Assembly (NCBI GenBank): GCA_963726375.1
Contig: CAVSCE010000009.1
Span: forward strand, 546,492-610,491
Direction: 5' to 3'
DNA length: 64,000 nucleotides
Source of the DNA: an uncultured Chloroflexia bacterium
GTDB lineage: Bacteria > Chloroflexota > Anaerolineae > Anaerolineales > UBA4823
Position numbers and translations under genes: made by a program. Shown here one piece after another: positions 10,415 through 19,151 of this stretch. The stretch's first letter is position 1, and every line of letters starts with the position of its first letter. The notes beneath the pieces are model-generated. The model did no database searches and was not told the origin of the DNA. It was given only the letters and a program-made list of their open reading frames with translations.

Positions 10415-11409
10415 TGATATTTTTCCTCCAGCTCTGTTCTTTCAAAATCTGAAAGAAATGCTGCCTTGAGCCCATTTTCTTGGATTTGTCGAACCTGGAT
10501 CTGGGATAAACCCGCTGCTGGGGCAGCAACTTCGTATTCATGGATCAAGTCAATACCGCTGATACCCGGATCATCCGTATTTATAGTCGCCAATAATCCT
10601 TGCTCCATGAAGCTCCGGATAGGGTGGCTAAAGTAATCAGGAACCGTGCTGGTCTGGAGATTGCTGGTCAGGTTGCATTCGATTGCGATATGATGTTCCC
10701 TAAGATATTCGATCAGCATAGAATCTTTGAGAGCAGTAACACCATGCCCGATCCGTTCAGCCTTCAATTCCAATACTGCCTGCCAGATGCTCTCCGGACC
10801 CGAACTTTCTCCAGCATGTGCGATGACATGCCAACCGGATTTGCGCGCCTCAAAAAAATGCTCTTTAAACAATACAGCCGGGTAATTCGCCTCATCCCCT
10901 GCCAGATCGAGCGCCGTAATTCTTTCACCCTGGCTGAGTAGTGCACGCAGCTCTTGCCAGCCAGATTTTGGACCATAAGTGCGGCTGATGATTCCAATCA
11001 GTTTTGATTTAAGATCAAACTCTTTTACTCCGGCATCCACCCCATCACATACTGCCTCAACGACCCGCCGAGGGTCGAGCTGATGTGCACCTGACATAAA
11101 GAACGGGGAAAAGCGCAATTCAACATAATCCAAACCTTCAATTTTCGCATCTTGAATATTTTCATAGGCAACCCGCCAACAGGAATCATAATCGACCAGA
11201 ATTTGAATCATCCATTGAAACTTGCCTATGAATTCCATCACTCCCGGCTGAGGATCAGTCACCTGTACATATGGTCTCAAACCTTCGACGTCCCAGGCAG
11301 GGAGATTTAAATTGTGCTTCCGGCTCAGATCGATGATCGTCTCAAGTCGGACACTTCCATCCAGATGGCGGTGGAGATCTACTAAAGGGAAATTGGGATC
11401 ATGGTACAT
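10411..11409 (-). CDS. add: adenosine deaminase
   Basis: Metal-ligand and signature motifs are present: DLHRHLDGS, HAGE and NTDDP. I set the start at the ATG at 11409 (MYHDPNFPLVDLHRH). The track ORF begins at an upstream TTG at 11436. Confidence 0.9.
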   Translation of the reverse strand: MYHDPNFPLVDLHRHLDGSVRLETIIDLSRKHNLNLPAWDVEGLRPYVQVTDPQPGVMEFIGKFQWMIQILVDYDSCWRVAYENIQDAKIEGLDYVELRFSPFFMSGAHQLDPRRVVEAVCDGVDAGVKEFDLKSKLIGIISRTYGPKSGWQELRALLSQGERITALDLAGDEANYPAVLFKEHFFEARKSGWHVIAHAGESSGPESIWQAVLELKAERIGHGVTALKDSMLIEYLREHHIAIECNLTSNLQTSTVPDYFSHPIRSFMEQGLLATINTDDPGISGIDLIHEYEVAAPAAGLSQIQVRQIQENGLKAAFLSDFERTELEEKYH

Positions 11410-11622
11410 AATTTGAATACTGCCTTTCAAATTCAATAAAATGATACTCTACCTCAGCAGCCACCGCAAGTATCTTTGTTGAAATCTGCTCATTATTCGG
11501 GTAGAGATCGACTATAATAGCCAAGTTAATCTAGTTTCGATCGACATTTACGATCAGCAATCGAAAATGCGGGTTGATTTCCAATAAATTCATTAAGGAA
11601 TACTCAAGAAGAGCGAGGGAGC

Positions 11623-12372
11623 ATGATAGAAGGTGAAAATATCGAACCAACAGAAATTAGCGAACCGGAAAGCGGACAAAAAAGTCGGATCCTGATTATT
11701 GGCATTGCGATGCTTCTGGTCGGTTTAATCCTCGGCTATTTAGGCCGTGGCGCATTTGGACCAGAAGCAATTTCAGCTCGGAAGACAGAAACTGCAGCTG
11801 CCGCTGCTGTCCAAACCCAGGTTTCTTCAAATCAGGAAATGATGAAGTCGATTGTGGCCGAAACCATTCATTTCAAGGGAGATCCTGCCGCACCCATAAC
11901 TATGATTGAGTTTAGCGACTTTCAATGACCTTATTGCGGCCGATGGGCAACTGACGCGGGTCGTCAGATTGAAGAAAATTTTGTCAATAAGGGTGATGTA
12001 CGGTTAGGCTATTTTCATTTTGCTTTTCTTGGAGACGAGTCGATAGTCGCTGCTGAAGCGAGCGAATGCGCTGGAGACCAGGATAAATTTTGGGAATATC
12101 ACGACTATTTATTCTCGCATCAAAACGGAGAAAACCAGGGTGCGTTCAGCGAGGAAAATCTGAAAAAATTTGCTCAAGAGATGGGACTCGACCAAAAAGC
12201 TTTCAACTCATGCCTGGATTCCGGCAAATATACTGAAGCTGTCAATCGACAGAATGAGTTTGCTAGAAAATTAGGGGTTCAAAGCACGCCAAGTTTTCTG
12301 ATTAATGGAATTCCATTGGTTGGTGCGCAGCCGATTGAAAAATTTCAAGCATTATTCGAACAATTGAAGTAG
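11623..12372 (+). CDS. DsbA-family thiol:disulfide oxidoreductase with in-frame TGA at the first Cys of CXXC (candidate selenoprotein UPYC, or a nonsense allele)
   Basis: ORFs 11623..11928 and 12181..12372 are in the same frame, and the whole interval is open except for TGA 11926-11928. The context is ITMIEFSDFQ-TGA-PYCGRW, which matches the DsbA/Thioredoxin_4 signature EFsDFQCPYC. An N-terminal TM anchor is present. Confidence 0.7.
11948..11971 (+). promoter_or_regulatory. SECIS-like hairpin downstream of the in-frame TGA
   Basis: The hairpin is CAACUGACG-CGGGU-CGUCAG(A)UUG. It has a 6 bp GC-rich upper stem, 3 further bp below a bulged A, and a 5 nt apical loop containing GGG. The apical loop starts 28 nt after the UGA. 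Confidence 0.45.
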
Positions 12373-12422
12373 AAAATCCAGCTATTCCTTAGGATTCCAA
12401 AGGCAACAGCTTGATTTTCCCG

Positions 12423-12452
12423 AAAAAAGGCGATAAATACATCGCCTTTTTT
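12423..12452 (+). terminator. Rho-independent terminator after the DsbA-like gene
   Basis: AAAAAAGGCGAT-aaatac-ATCGCCTTTTTT forms a perfect stem flanked by an A-run and a T-run. Confidence 0.75.
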
Positions 12453-12570
12453 CTAATCTTGTGGTTTCTCTTTCATGCAATTCAACTTATAGAATTTTTA
12501 AATTCCCAGTCTTATAACCTTGACCGCATCCTTATCTTATGGAAAAATACTTTTTAGGGTTTGTAAATCA

Positions 12571-13140
12571 ATGAGTTCAACCAGCGGCATATATATAAAT
12601 TTAATTGTTTTTGATGGGGATGATACCCTCTGGTTTGGCCTTGATGGAGGTTATATTTCTGGGATCAATTATTCTGATTATGGGAGCGACACGTACACTT
12701 TTCGAAGAATTGGGGAGGATTTTATCGAACGCAATGATGGACAGAGATTTCGTCTGTATCCAGAAGTCCGAAGTTTGCTCGCAAATCTCATGAATATGAA
12801 ACTGCTGATCTCTTTGGCAAGCTACAATCATCCTTCACCAGTTGAGAAAGCATTACACGCATTCGAAATTAATCAATTCTTTCTTCACCCCGTCATCGAA
12901 TACAGCAGTCAAAAAGATAAAATGCTCAAAGCGATACTCCGCAAGTTTTCCCAGTCAGGTTGGCTAGTTAAACCTTCAACAACCCTCTTTATTGATGACG
13001 ATCACCAGAACCGCTATTTGAAACAAATGGAGTTTATTGGTGTACATTTTCTAAAGAAATCTTCAGATATTACAAATCTCAACGAGCTGATAAATAATCC
13101 TAAGTTTCAGCTAGTTCCTGCACAGAAAAGTCTGATTTGA
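12571..13140 (+). CDS. HAD-superfamily phosphatase (MDP-1-like)
   Basis: Motif I is VFDGDDTLW (DxDxT) and motif IV-like is LFIDDD. I set the start at the ATG at 12571. Confidence 0.6.
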   Translation: MSSTSGIYINLIVFDGDDTLWFGLDGGYISGINYSDYGSDTYTFRRIGEDFIERNDGQRFRLYPEVRSLLANLMNMKLLISLASYNHPSPVEKALHAFEINQFFLHPVIEYSSQKDKMLKAILRKFSQSGWLVKPSTTLFIDDDHQNRYLKQMEFIGVHFLKKSSDITNLNELINNPKFQLVPAQKSLI

Positions 13141-13175
13141 ATATATTTCAGAAAACTATTACGAGGACTTGCTTA

Positions 13176-13595
13176 ATGAAATCGTATCGTAAAGAGATCT
13201 GGTTAAATATTCCTGCGAGGCGCAGCTTTATCAACATCACTTCGAAAATTGAGGAGTGTTTGCGAGAGAGTGGGATTATCGAAGGTATTGCATTGGTAAA
13301 TGCCATGCATATCACCGCTTCTGTTTTCATTAATGATGACGAAAGCGGTTTGCACAGGGATTATGATGACTGGCTTGAACAACTGGCACCCCATGATCCT
13401 ATCTCAAAATATCGACACAACAGGACTGGAGAAGACAACGCTGACGCCCACCTGAAACGCCAGATTATGGGACGAGAGGTTGTAGTAGCCATCTCAAATG
13501 GCCTCCTTGATTTTGGTCCCTGGGAACAAATTTTTTATGGAGAATTTGACGGACGTCGACCGAAACGGGTGCTTGTTAAAATCATAGGTGAATAA
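13176..13595 (+). CDS. YjbQ/UPF0047 family protein (secondary thiamine-phosphate synthase-like)
   Basis: [23 protein letters not shown]...[42 protein letters not shown] is characteristic of YjbQ. Confidence 0.8.
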   Translation: MKSYRKEIWLNIPARRSFINITSKIEECLRESGIIEGIALVNAMHITASVFINDDESGLHRDYDDWLEQLAPHDPISKYRHNRTGEDNADAHLKRQIMGREVVVAISNGLLDFGPWEQIFYGEFDGRRPKRVLVKIIGE

Positions 13596-13720
13596 TCGAT
13601 CAAGCCTGCCTTAATTGCCAGATTTAATAGGCTGGTCTTCTCCTTTGGGAAGTCAACTTCTCCATGCAATTGGAAATGATGTATGATTAGATTCTGTTAA
13701 TTCTTTTCAAGGAGACAAAA

Positions 13721-14075
13721 ATGAAAGCGATAGCCTACATCGCCGCAGCGATTCTGATCTTCTTTGGTGTGCTTTTTGTCTGGGGCGCTTTCAGTTCCGA
13801 AGGGTCCCCTGGTTGGATTCTGGTTGGTTTGATCAGCATTTCAGCAGGCTTTGTGATCATCTGGTTTTTCAGCCGTGCCAAAAAAAGCGAATCGGGATCG
13901 AATATCACCTATCAGGTAGATCTTCCGGCAAATATCAGTCTTGACACTCTTAAATGCAAGTCATGCGGTGGAGCATTTGACCGCTGATAACATTTCGATG
14001 GTGGCTGGTGCACCGGTTGTAAAATGTCCTTACTGTGGAACGAGTTATCAGCTCACCGAGGAACCGAAGTGGTGA
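13721..14075 (+). CDS. small 2-TM membrane protein with C-terminal zinc ribbon (frameshift in a TTT run at about 13975)
   Basis: An AAGGAG ribosome-binding site precedes the start, and two TM helices follow. The ribbon reads CKSCGG...(shift)...LTADNISMVAGAPVVKCPYCGTSYQLTEEPKW*, a CxxC-N19-CxxC arrangement. Confidence 0.6.
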
Positions 14076-14103
14076 CTTTCCTCTTGGAGAAAAGGATGCT
14101 TTC

Positions 14104-15786
14104 ATGAGAAAAATTTATATCTCATTTATTCTTATCTGCTTGATGTTGATTTTCCATGGGACTGGATCGGCACAATCCTATCTTTTTCAGTTGGAACAAC
14201 TGGAAGTCAACATTTATGTGAATGATGATGGATCTGCTTCCATTGATTATCGATTTACATTTGTTAATGATCTTTCAGCACCAAGGATCGAATATGTTGA
14301 TGTTGGGATGCCAAACAGTCAGTTTACACTTCAGGGTGCAACCGCCGAAGTGAACGGACAGACTGTCGCAGTATCTCAATCTGATTATGAGGGTGACGGA
14401 TCGGGTTTTGCCGTAGTGCTGGGTGGAGCTGGTATACCCCCAGGGCAGCGGGGGGAAGTTCATGTGAATATTCCAGATGCCGGAAGTTGGCTCCGGTATG
14501 ACAGCGAGGATGATGGTTACGCAAGCATTGCCTTTACACCTACCTGGTTCGGCTCAGAGTATATCAAGGGCACAACAGAAATAACGGTTTCGATTCATCT
14601 TCCTCCTGGGATCCAACCGGAGGAACCTCGCTGGCACAAAGCTCCATCTGGATGGCCCGAACAACCAGAAGTAAGCCTGGATGAGGAAGGCAGGGTAGTT
14701 TACACATGGACGAATTCGGCAGCATCAGCTTCGAAAAAATATATATTTGGCGCTTCCTTCCCAACTCAATATGTACCTCCAACAGCAGTAAGTAAGCCCT
14801 CCTGGTTTGAAATCCTTGGCATCAGCGAAGATACATGTTTCACATTTCTTTGCTGCGGAGGGATTTTTGCTTCGGTTATCGGTGTGGGATGGTGGAATAA
14901 TGAGGCATCCAGAAAACGAAAATTAAAATATCTTCCACCAAAAATCACGATCGAAGGTCTCGGGATCAAACGCGGACTTACAGCTGTCGAAGCAGCCATA
15001 CTCATGGAACAACCACTCGATAAAGTGATGACCATGATCCTTTTCGGAGTCCTGAAGAAAGCAGCTGCGACAGTCCGCACAAAAGATCCGCTTGAATTAG
15101 ATGTCGTAGAAATACTTCCTGATGGGTTAAATCCATATGAAGTTGATTTTCTCAAGGCTTTTAGATTACAGGAAAAAACCGAACGCCGAAAAGCTCTGCA
15201 AACAGTCACCATAGATATCGTTCAAGCCGTTTCCGCAAAGATGAAGGGGTTCAGTCGAAAGGAGACAATCGCATATTACCAGGATATTATGGAAAAAGCC
15301 TGGAAGCAAGTTGAAACGGCTCAAACACCGGAAGTGAAGAGCGAAATGTTTGATAAAAACCTGGAGTGGACCATGTTGGATAAAGAATATGACGACCGCA
15401 CCAGGGATGTTTTCCAATCAGGTCCTGTTTACCTACCTAACTGGTGGGGCCGATTTGATCCAACATACAACAGACCAATCAGTACCTCCCGACCTATTTC
15501 ATCCCCTACCCAGGTGGGGCAACCTTCCGGAGGCGGCGTTTCGCTACCAACACTTCCCGGCGGCAGCTTTGCTGCATCGATGGTCAATGGAGTGGAAAAT
15601 TTCTCTGCTGGCGTCATAGGAAATGTAAATGATTTCACCAGAACTATCACAAACAAAACAAATCCAATCCCGGTTCCAAGCGTAACAAGAAGCGGCGGCA
15701 GCAGCAGCGGAAGGAGCGGTGGGGGATGTGCCTGCGCCTGTGCCTGTGCTGGCTGTGCGTGCGCTTGCGCCGGTGGAGGTCGATAG
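14104..15786 (+). CDS. DUF2207-like membrane protein with a C-terminal Gly/Ser spacer and (Cys-Ala)n tail
   Basis: The signal peptide is MRKIYISFILICLMLIFHGTGSA. It is followed by an extracytoplasmic beta-rich domain, one TM helix (FTFLCCGGIFASVIGVGWW), and a cytoplasmic region (GLTAVEAAILMEQPLDKVMTMILFGVLKK). The protein ends in SGGSSSGRSGGGCACACACAGCACACAGGGR*. Confidence 0.65.
   Translation: MRKIYISFILICLMLIFHGTGSAQSYLFQLEQLEVNIYVNDDGSASIDYRFTFVNDLSAPRIEYVDVGMPNSQFTLQGATAEVNGQTVAVSQSDYEGDGSGFAVVLGGAGIPPGQRGEVHVNIPDAGSWLRYDSEDDGYASIAFTPTWFGSEYIKGTTEITVSIHLPPGIQPEEPRWHKAPSGWPEQPEVSLDEEGRVVYTWTNSAASASKKYIFGASFPTQYVPPTAVSKPSWFEILGISEDTCFTFLCCGGIFASVIGVGWWNNEASRKRKLKYLPPKITIEGLGIKRGLTAVEAAILMEQPLDKVMTMILFGVLKKAAATVRTKDPLELDVVEILPDGLNPYEVDFLKAFRLQEKTERRKALQTVTIDIVQAVSAKMKGFSRKETIAYYQDIMEKAWKQVETAQTPEVKSEMFDKNLEWTMLDKEYDDRTRDVFQSGPVYLPNWWGRFDPTYNRPISTSRPISSPTQVGQPSGGGVSLPTLPGGSFAASMVNGVENFSAGVIGNVNDFTRTITNKTNPIPVPSVTRSGGSSSGRSGGGCACACACAGCACACAGGGR
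15727..15771 (+). repeat. coding (Cys-Ala)4-Gly-(Cys-Ala)3 tract
   Basis: The codons are TGT GCC TGC GCC TGT GCC TGT GCT GGC TGT GCG TGC GCT TGC GCC. Synonymous codons are mixed, so the repeat holds at the peptide level and is not a clean DNA microsatellite. Confidence 0.9.
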
Positions 15787-15835
15787 ATTTGAATGAAGAT
15801 TTCGTGATGATTTTTATTCTTTGAGGTCGTATTTG

Positions 15836-17187
15836 ATGGATTTCCGGAAATATTTCGCAAGATCAAGACGGACTTAACCTGCGAACTCGCATGGTATTCA
15901 GCTTTCATCCTTTATTCGCGATAATGGTTCTGAAAAGGCACATATTCACCTGCGAATAGATACAGACGGAAGTGGTCTCTTGATCATCAACGCAAACAGC
16001 GTAATTCACTTGAATCTGATCAGCAGCATCGATGGCACTCCTGGCGTTACAAGACACTCCTAAAGCCCAAGCAGTTCATGAACTTAAGAGGAAATTCTCA
16101 ACATCGACTCACAAGATATCTGGTGACTATACGCAGTTTGTTTCGCAATTAAACGAACTGATTGATCCAAATGGCGCCTGTCCCATTCATGCTCTAAATC
16201 TTGAAACCATTCCTCCTTTCACAACAAAGCCTTCGGCTCCCTATCGAATGGACATAGCCTTGACCTACCGCTGTAACAATGATTGCTTTCATTGTTATAA
16301 CGCCCGACCTCGTGATTTTTCAGAAATTTCAACGGATGCTTGGAAGAAAATCATCGATAGGATTTGGGAAATTGGCATCCCCCATTTGGTTTTCACGGGT
16401 GGAGAACCGACGCTCCGGCCAGACTTACCGGAACTGATTGCCTATGCGCAGCACGTCGGACTGATCACTGGATTAAATACCAATGGTCGTTCGTTAAGCA
16501 AGCCTAATTATCTGGAAACACTGGTCAGCTCTGGATTAGACCACGTACAAATCACAATAGAATTCTCACGACCCTCAGATCCACGACCAGATGGTTCGAG
16601 CTAAGGGTGCCTGGTCACAAACTGTTGCTGGAATTCGCAATGCGTTGGACACCCCACTTTACGTAATGACCAACTCTACGATGTTGCGCCAGAATTCACC
16701 ATCAATGAACAAGACACTTCATTTTCTTGCCGAACTCGGAGTGCCGACGATCGGCCTGAATGCCTTGATCTTTTCCGGTTCAGGTGCTACATGCGGAAGC
16801 GGGCTTCATGAGGCAGAATTGCGGCCGATTCTCGAGCTTGCTCGAAACCTGACCGAGCTTCATCATCAACGGCTGATCTGGTACACACCTACCCAATATT
16901 GCAATTTTGACCCGATGGATCTGGATCTTGGTGTCAAAGGATGTACTGCCGCCCGCTACAATATGTGTATCGAACCGGATGGAGCAGTCATCCCATGCCA
17001 ATCATATTATTTTCCCCTGGGTTCGATGCTCAACGATCCATGGGACAGCATCTGGGAACATGATCTGGCAAACCAGCTGCGGAATCGCCAGGAACGGCAG
17101 GAAAAATGTAATTCCTGTCAATTATTTTCAGAATGTGGTGGTGGGTGCCCGTTATCTTCGACGCATAATCCAAATAATAAAGAATAG
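15836..17187 (+). CDS. radical SAM/SPASM peptide-maturase-like enzyme with a PqqD/RRE-like N-terminal domain; disrupted by an in-frame TAA at 15875 and two frameshifts
   Basis: The radical SAM motif is CNNDCFHC (CxxxCxxC), and GGEPTL is present. The SPASM signature is exact: CIEPDGAVIPC (G-x4-C) followed by CNSCQLFSECGGGC (Cx2Cx5Cx3C). The N-terminus HLRIDTDGSGLLIINANSVIHLNL...DYTQFVSQLNELID follows the PqqD pattern. The fragments are 15836..15877, the frame up to about 16025, 16032..16604 and 16591..17187. Confidence 0.8.
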
Positions 17188-17199
17188 TCAGAGGAAAAA

Positions 17200-18345
17200 A
17201 TGCCAGGTATGCTCCGTCCAATTCAGCGTTTTTTTTCCAACAACAAACCAATTCCTGCCGGTCTTTATCACTACAAAGCACCGCAGCACGATCCGCGTAA
17301 CTACCAATTGCATTTACGTATCGAAGAAAACGGTGATGGGCTGCTGATCATTAACGCTTCGACGGTTCTTCATCTAAATTTGACCGCTGCAGAATATGCG
17401 TATTATCTCATCTGCAGCAAATCCGAAGAAGAGATCGCTCGTCTAATGGTTACTCGCTATCAGGTCGATCATGATCAAGCGCTGCAGGATTACAGGAATT
17501 TCTCAGATCGAATCCACACGATCATCGAGACACCCGATTTGGACCCGGTCACTTTTCTTGACGTCGACCGCCTTCAACCCTTTTCTGGTAGATTGACTGC
17601 ACCGTATCGTCTGGATTGTGCATTAACCTATCGACTTCCCGAGGATGAAAATCCCGAATTAGAACTGATCGAACGCGTGTCAAGGGAACTGACAACTGAA
17701 GACTGGAAAACCATTATGCAGAAAGCGTGGGATGCAGGCATTCCGCACATACTATTCACTGGCGGAGAGCCAACGCTTCGTGATGATTTACCTGAGCTGA
17801 TCCGCTTTGCAGAGCGAACCGGTCAGGTTACTGGATTATTAAGTTATGGATCAAAGCTCGTTGATTCCAGCTATTTTTCTGAACTCCTTCAATCTGGATT
17901 AGATCATCTGATGCTGATCTTAAGATCTGATAACGAGTCGTCATGGAAATCCGTTCAGAGTTCGATTGCTGAAGATCTATCCCTGACAGTACACCTGACA
18001 ATTGATCACGAAAATAAGGGAGATTCCGAGGCGATCTTACGCCGACTTGCCAAAATAGGAATAGTGAACGTCTCTCTGAGTGCAGTTGATGATTCGCTCG
18101 CCGAATACCTTCAATCTGCGAGGTCATGGGTTGCTGCTCTTGGCCTTGAGCTGATCTGGAACCTTCCAGCTCCTTATTCATCCCTACACCCGATTGCACT
18201 AGAAAATAAAGATGCAGGTATCGAAGGTGCGGGGCGAGCATGGATTTACGTTGAGCCAGATGGTGATGTCCGTCCATCACAAGGCAATCCGAAAATCTTG
18301 GGGAATATCCTGACCGATCCCTGGAATAAAATATGGAAAGGTTGA
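17200..18345 (+). CDS. Cys-less paralog of the preceding radical SAM/SPASM enzyme (degenerate radical SAM fold with a PqqD/RRE-like N-terminus)
   Basis: It aligns by eye with the upstream gene along its whole length: HLRIEENGDGLLIINASTVLHLNL, APYRLDCALTYR, IPHILFTGGEPTLRDDLPELI and YVEPDGDVRPSQG. CxxxCxxC is replaced by LPEDENPE, the SPASM cysteines are absent, and the C-terminus is truncated. A GAGGA ribosome-binding site precedes the ATG. Confidence 0.75.
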   Translation: MPGMLRPIQRFFSNNKPIPAGLYHYKAPQHDPRNYQLHLRIEENGDGLLIINASTVLHLNLTAAEYAYYLICSKSEEEIARLMVTRYQVDHDQALQDYRNFSDRIHTIIETPDLDPVTFLDVDRLQPFSGRLTAPYRLDCALTYRLPEDENPELELIERVSRELTTEDWKTIMQKAWDAGIPHILFTGGEPTLRDDLPELIRFAERTGQVTGLLSYGSKLVDSSYFSELLQSGLDHLMLILRSDNESSWKSVQSSIAEDLSLTVHLTIDHENKGDSEAILRRLAKIGIVNVSLSAVDDSLAEYLQSARSWVAALGLELIWNLPAPYSSLHPIALENKDAGIEGAGRAWIYVEPDGDVRPSQGNPKILGNILTDPWNKIWKG

Positions 18346-18433
18346 ACAGGAAATCGAAGTCCAAAGCACTCCCCTAACACAAAAAATCGATTGGCATCCA
18401 CGTTTTGTCCAGCAGGCACGCTGGACTGAAGAT

Positions 18434-19150
18434 TTGCGCAGGTTTATTCTGCGCCAAATCGATCTCTTTGATAGAAGCAGTGTCCTCGAAGTGGGCTGCG
18501 GGACTGGCGCTGTCCTTGAAACGATAACAGGGCTCGCACATGCGAATAGTTGGATTGTGTCTGGAGTGGACATAAATATTAATTACTTGACTTCAGCCCA
18601 CAAGATTTGTCCTACATTCGGGCTGACTTAAGGCGATGCGCATTTCTTACCGTTCTCTCAGGGATATTTTGACCTCGTTTTTTGCCATTTTCTGTTGATG
18701 TGGGTCTCAAATCCTATAGCTGTATTATTTGAAATGAAGCGTGTTGTCCGTCCTGGAGGTTGGGTCGTAGCATTCGCAGAACCAGATTATGGAGGCCGAA
18801 TCGACGAACCAGAAGAGTTAGAGAAAATCAGCGCGATTCAGGAATTAAGCCTGAAGCAGCAAGGCGCTGAAACTCGGATGGGGCGAAAATTGTCAGGATT
18901 ATTCCATCAAAACGGTTTCGTCGATATCGAATGTGGTGTGATGGGTGCTCAGTGGAACCAATCTTCAATTCGCAGCTCTGAAGAATCCGACCAGGAATGG
19001 CAGGTGATGAAGTCTGATCTGAACCGCTTCAATAGTATTCATAACTTCGAGGAATTCCGATTAATGGATCTGGCTGCCAGACAATCAGGGTCCCGCATCC
19101 TGTTTGTACCTACTTTTTATGCGATGGGACGCGCACCAAACGATAAATAA
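18434..19150 (+). CDS. class I SAM-dependent methyltransferase with an in-frame TAA at 18629-18631
   Basis: Motif I is VLEVGCGTGAV, followed by GDAHFLPFSQGYFDLVFCHFLLMWV and MKRVVRPGGWVV. ORFs 18434..18631 and 18695..19150 share a frame and are separated only by the TAA. The frame is open upstream to 18314 without a canonical start, so the true start is uncertain and probably abuts the paralog stop. Confidence 0.75.
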
Positions 19151-19151
19151 A

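Noticed and set aside
15727-15771. A TG/GC-rich DNA microsatellite or slippage artefact.
   Set aside because: Cys and Ala codons vary synonymously, so there is no uniform nucleotide repeat unit. The periodicity is at the peptide level.
15836-15877. The 13-codon mini-ORF (MDFRKYFARSRRT) as a leader peptide or RiPP precursor upstream of the maturase.
   Set aside because: The sequence before and after the TAA aligns in frame with the N-terminus of the paralog at 17200. It is most likely the interrupted N-terminus of the enzyme itself.
15429-15908. A 159 aa minus-strand ORF with PAQAHAQPAQAQAQAH repeats, and similar long antisense ORFs (53219..53652, 60730..61482, 62134..62589, 62677..63246, 14766..15212, 17828..18364).
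   Set aside because: They lie antisense to well-supported genes with clear family motifs. They are shadow ORFs of locally GC-rich coding sequence.
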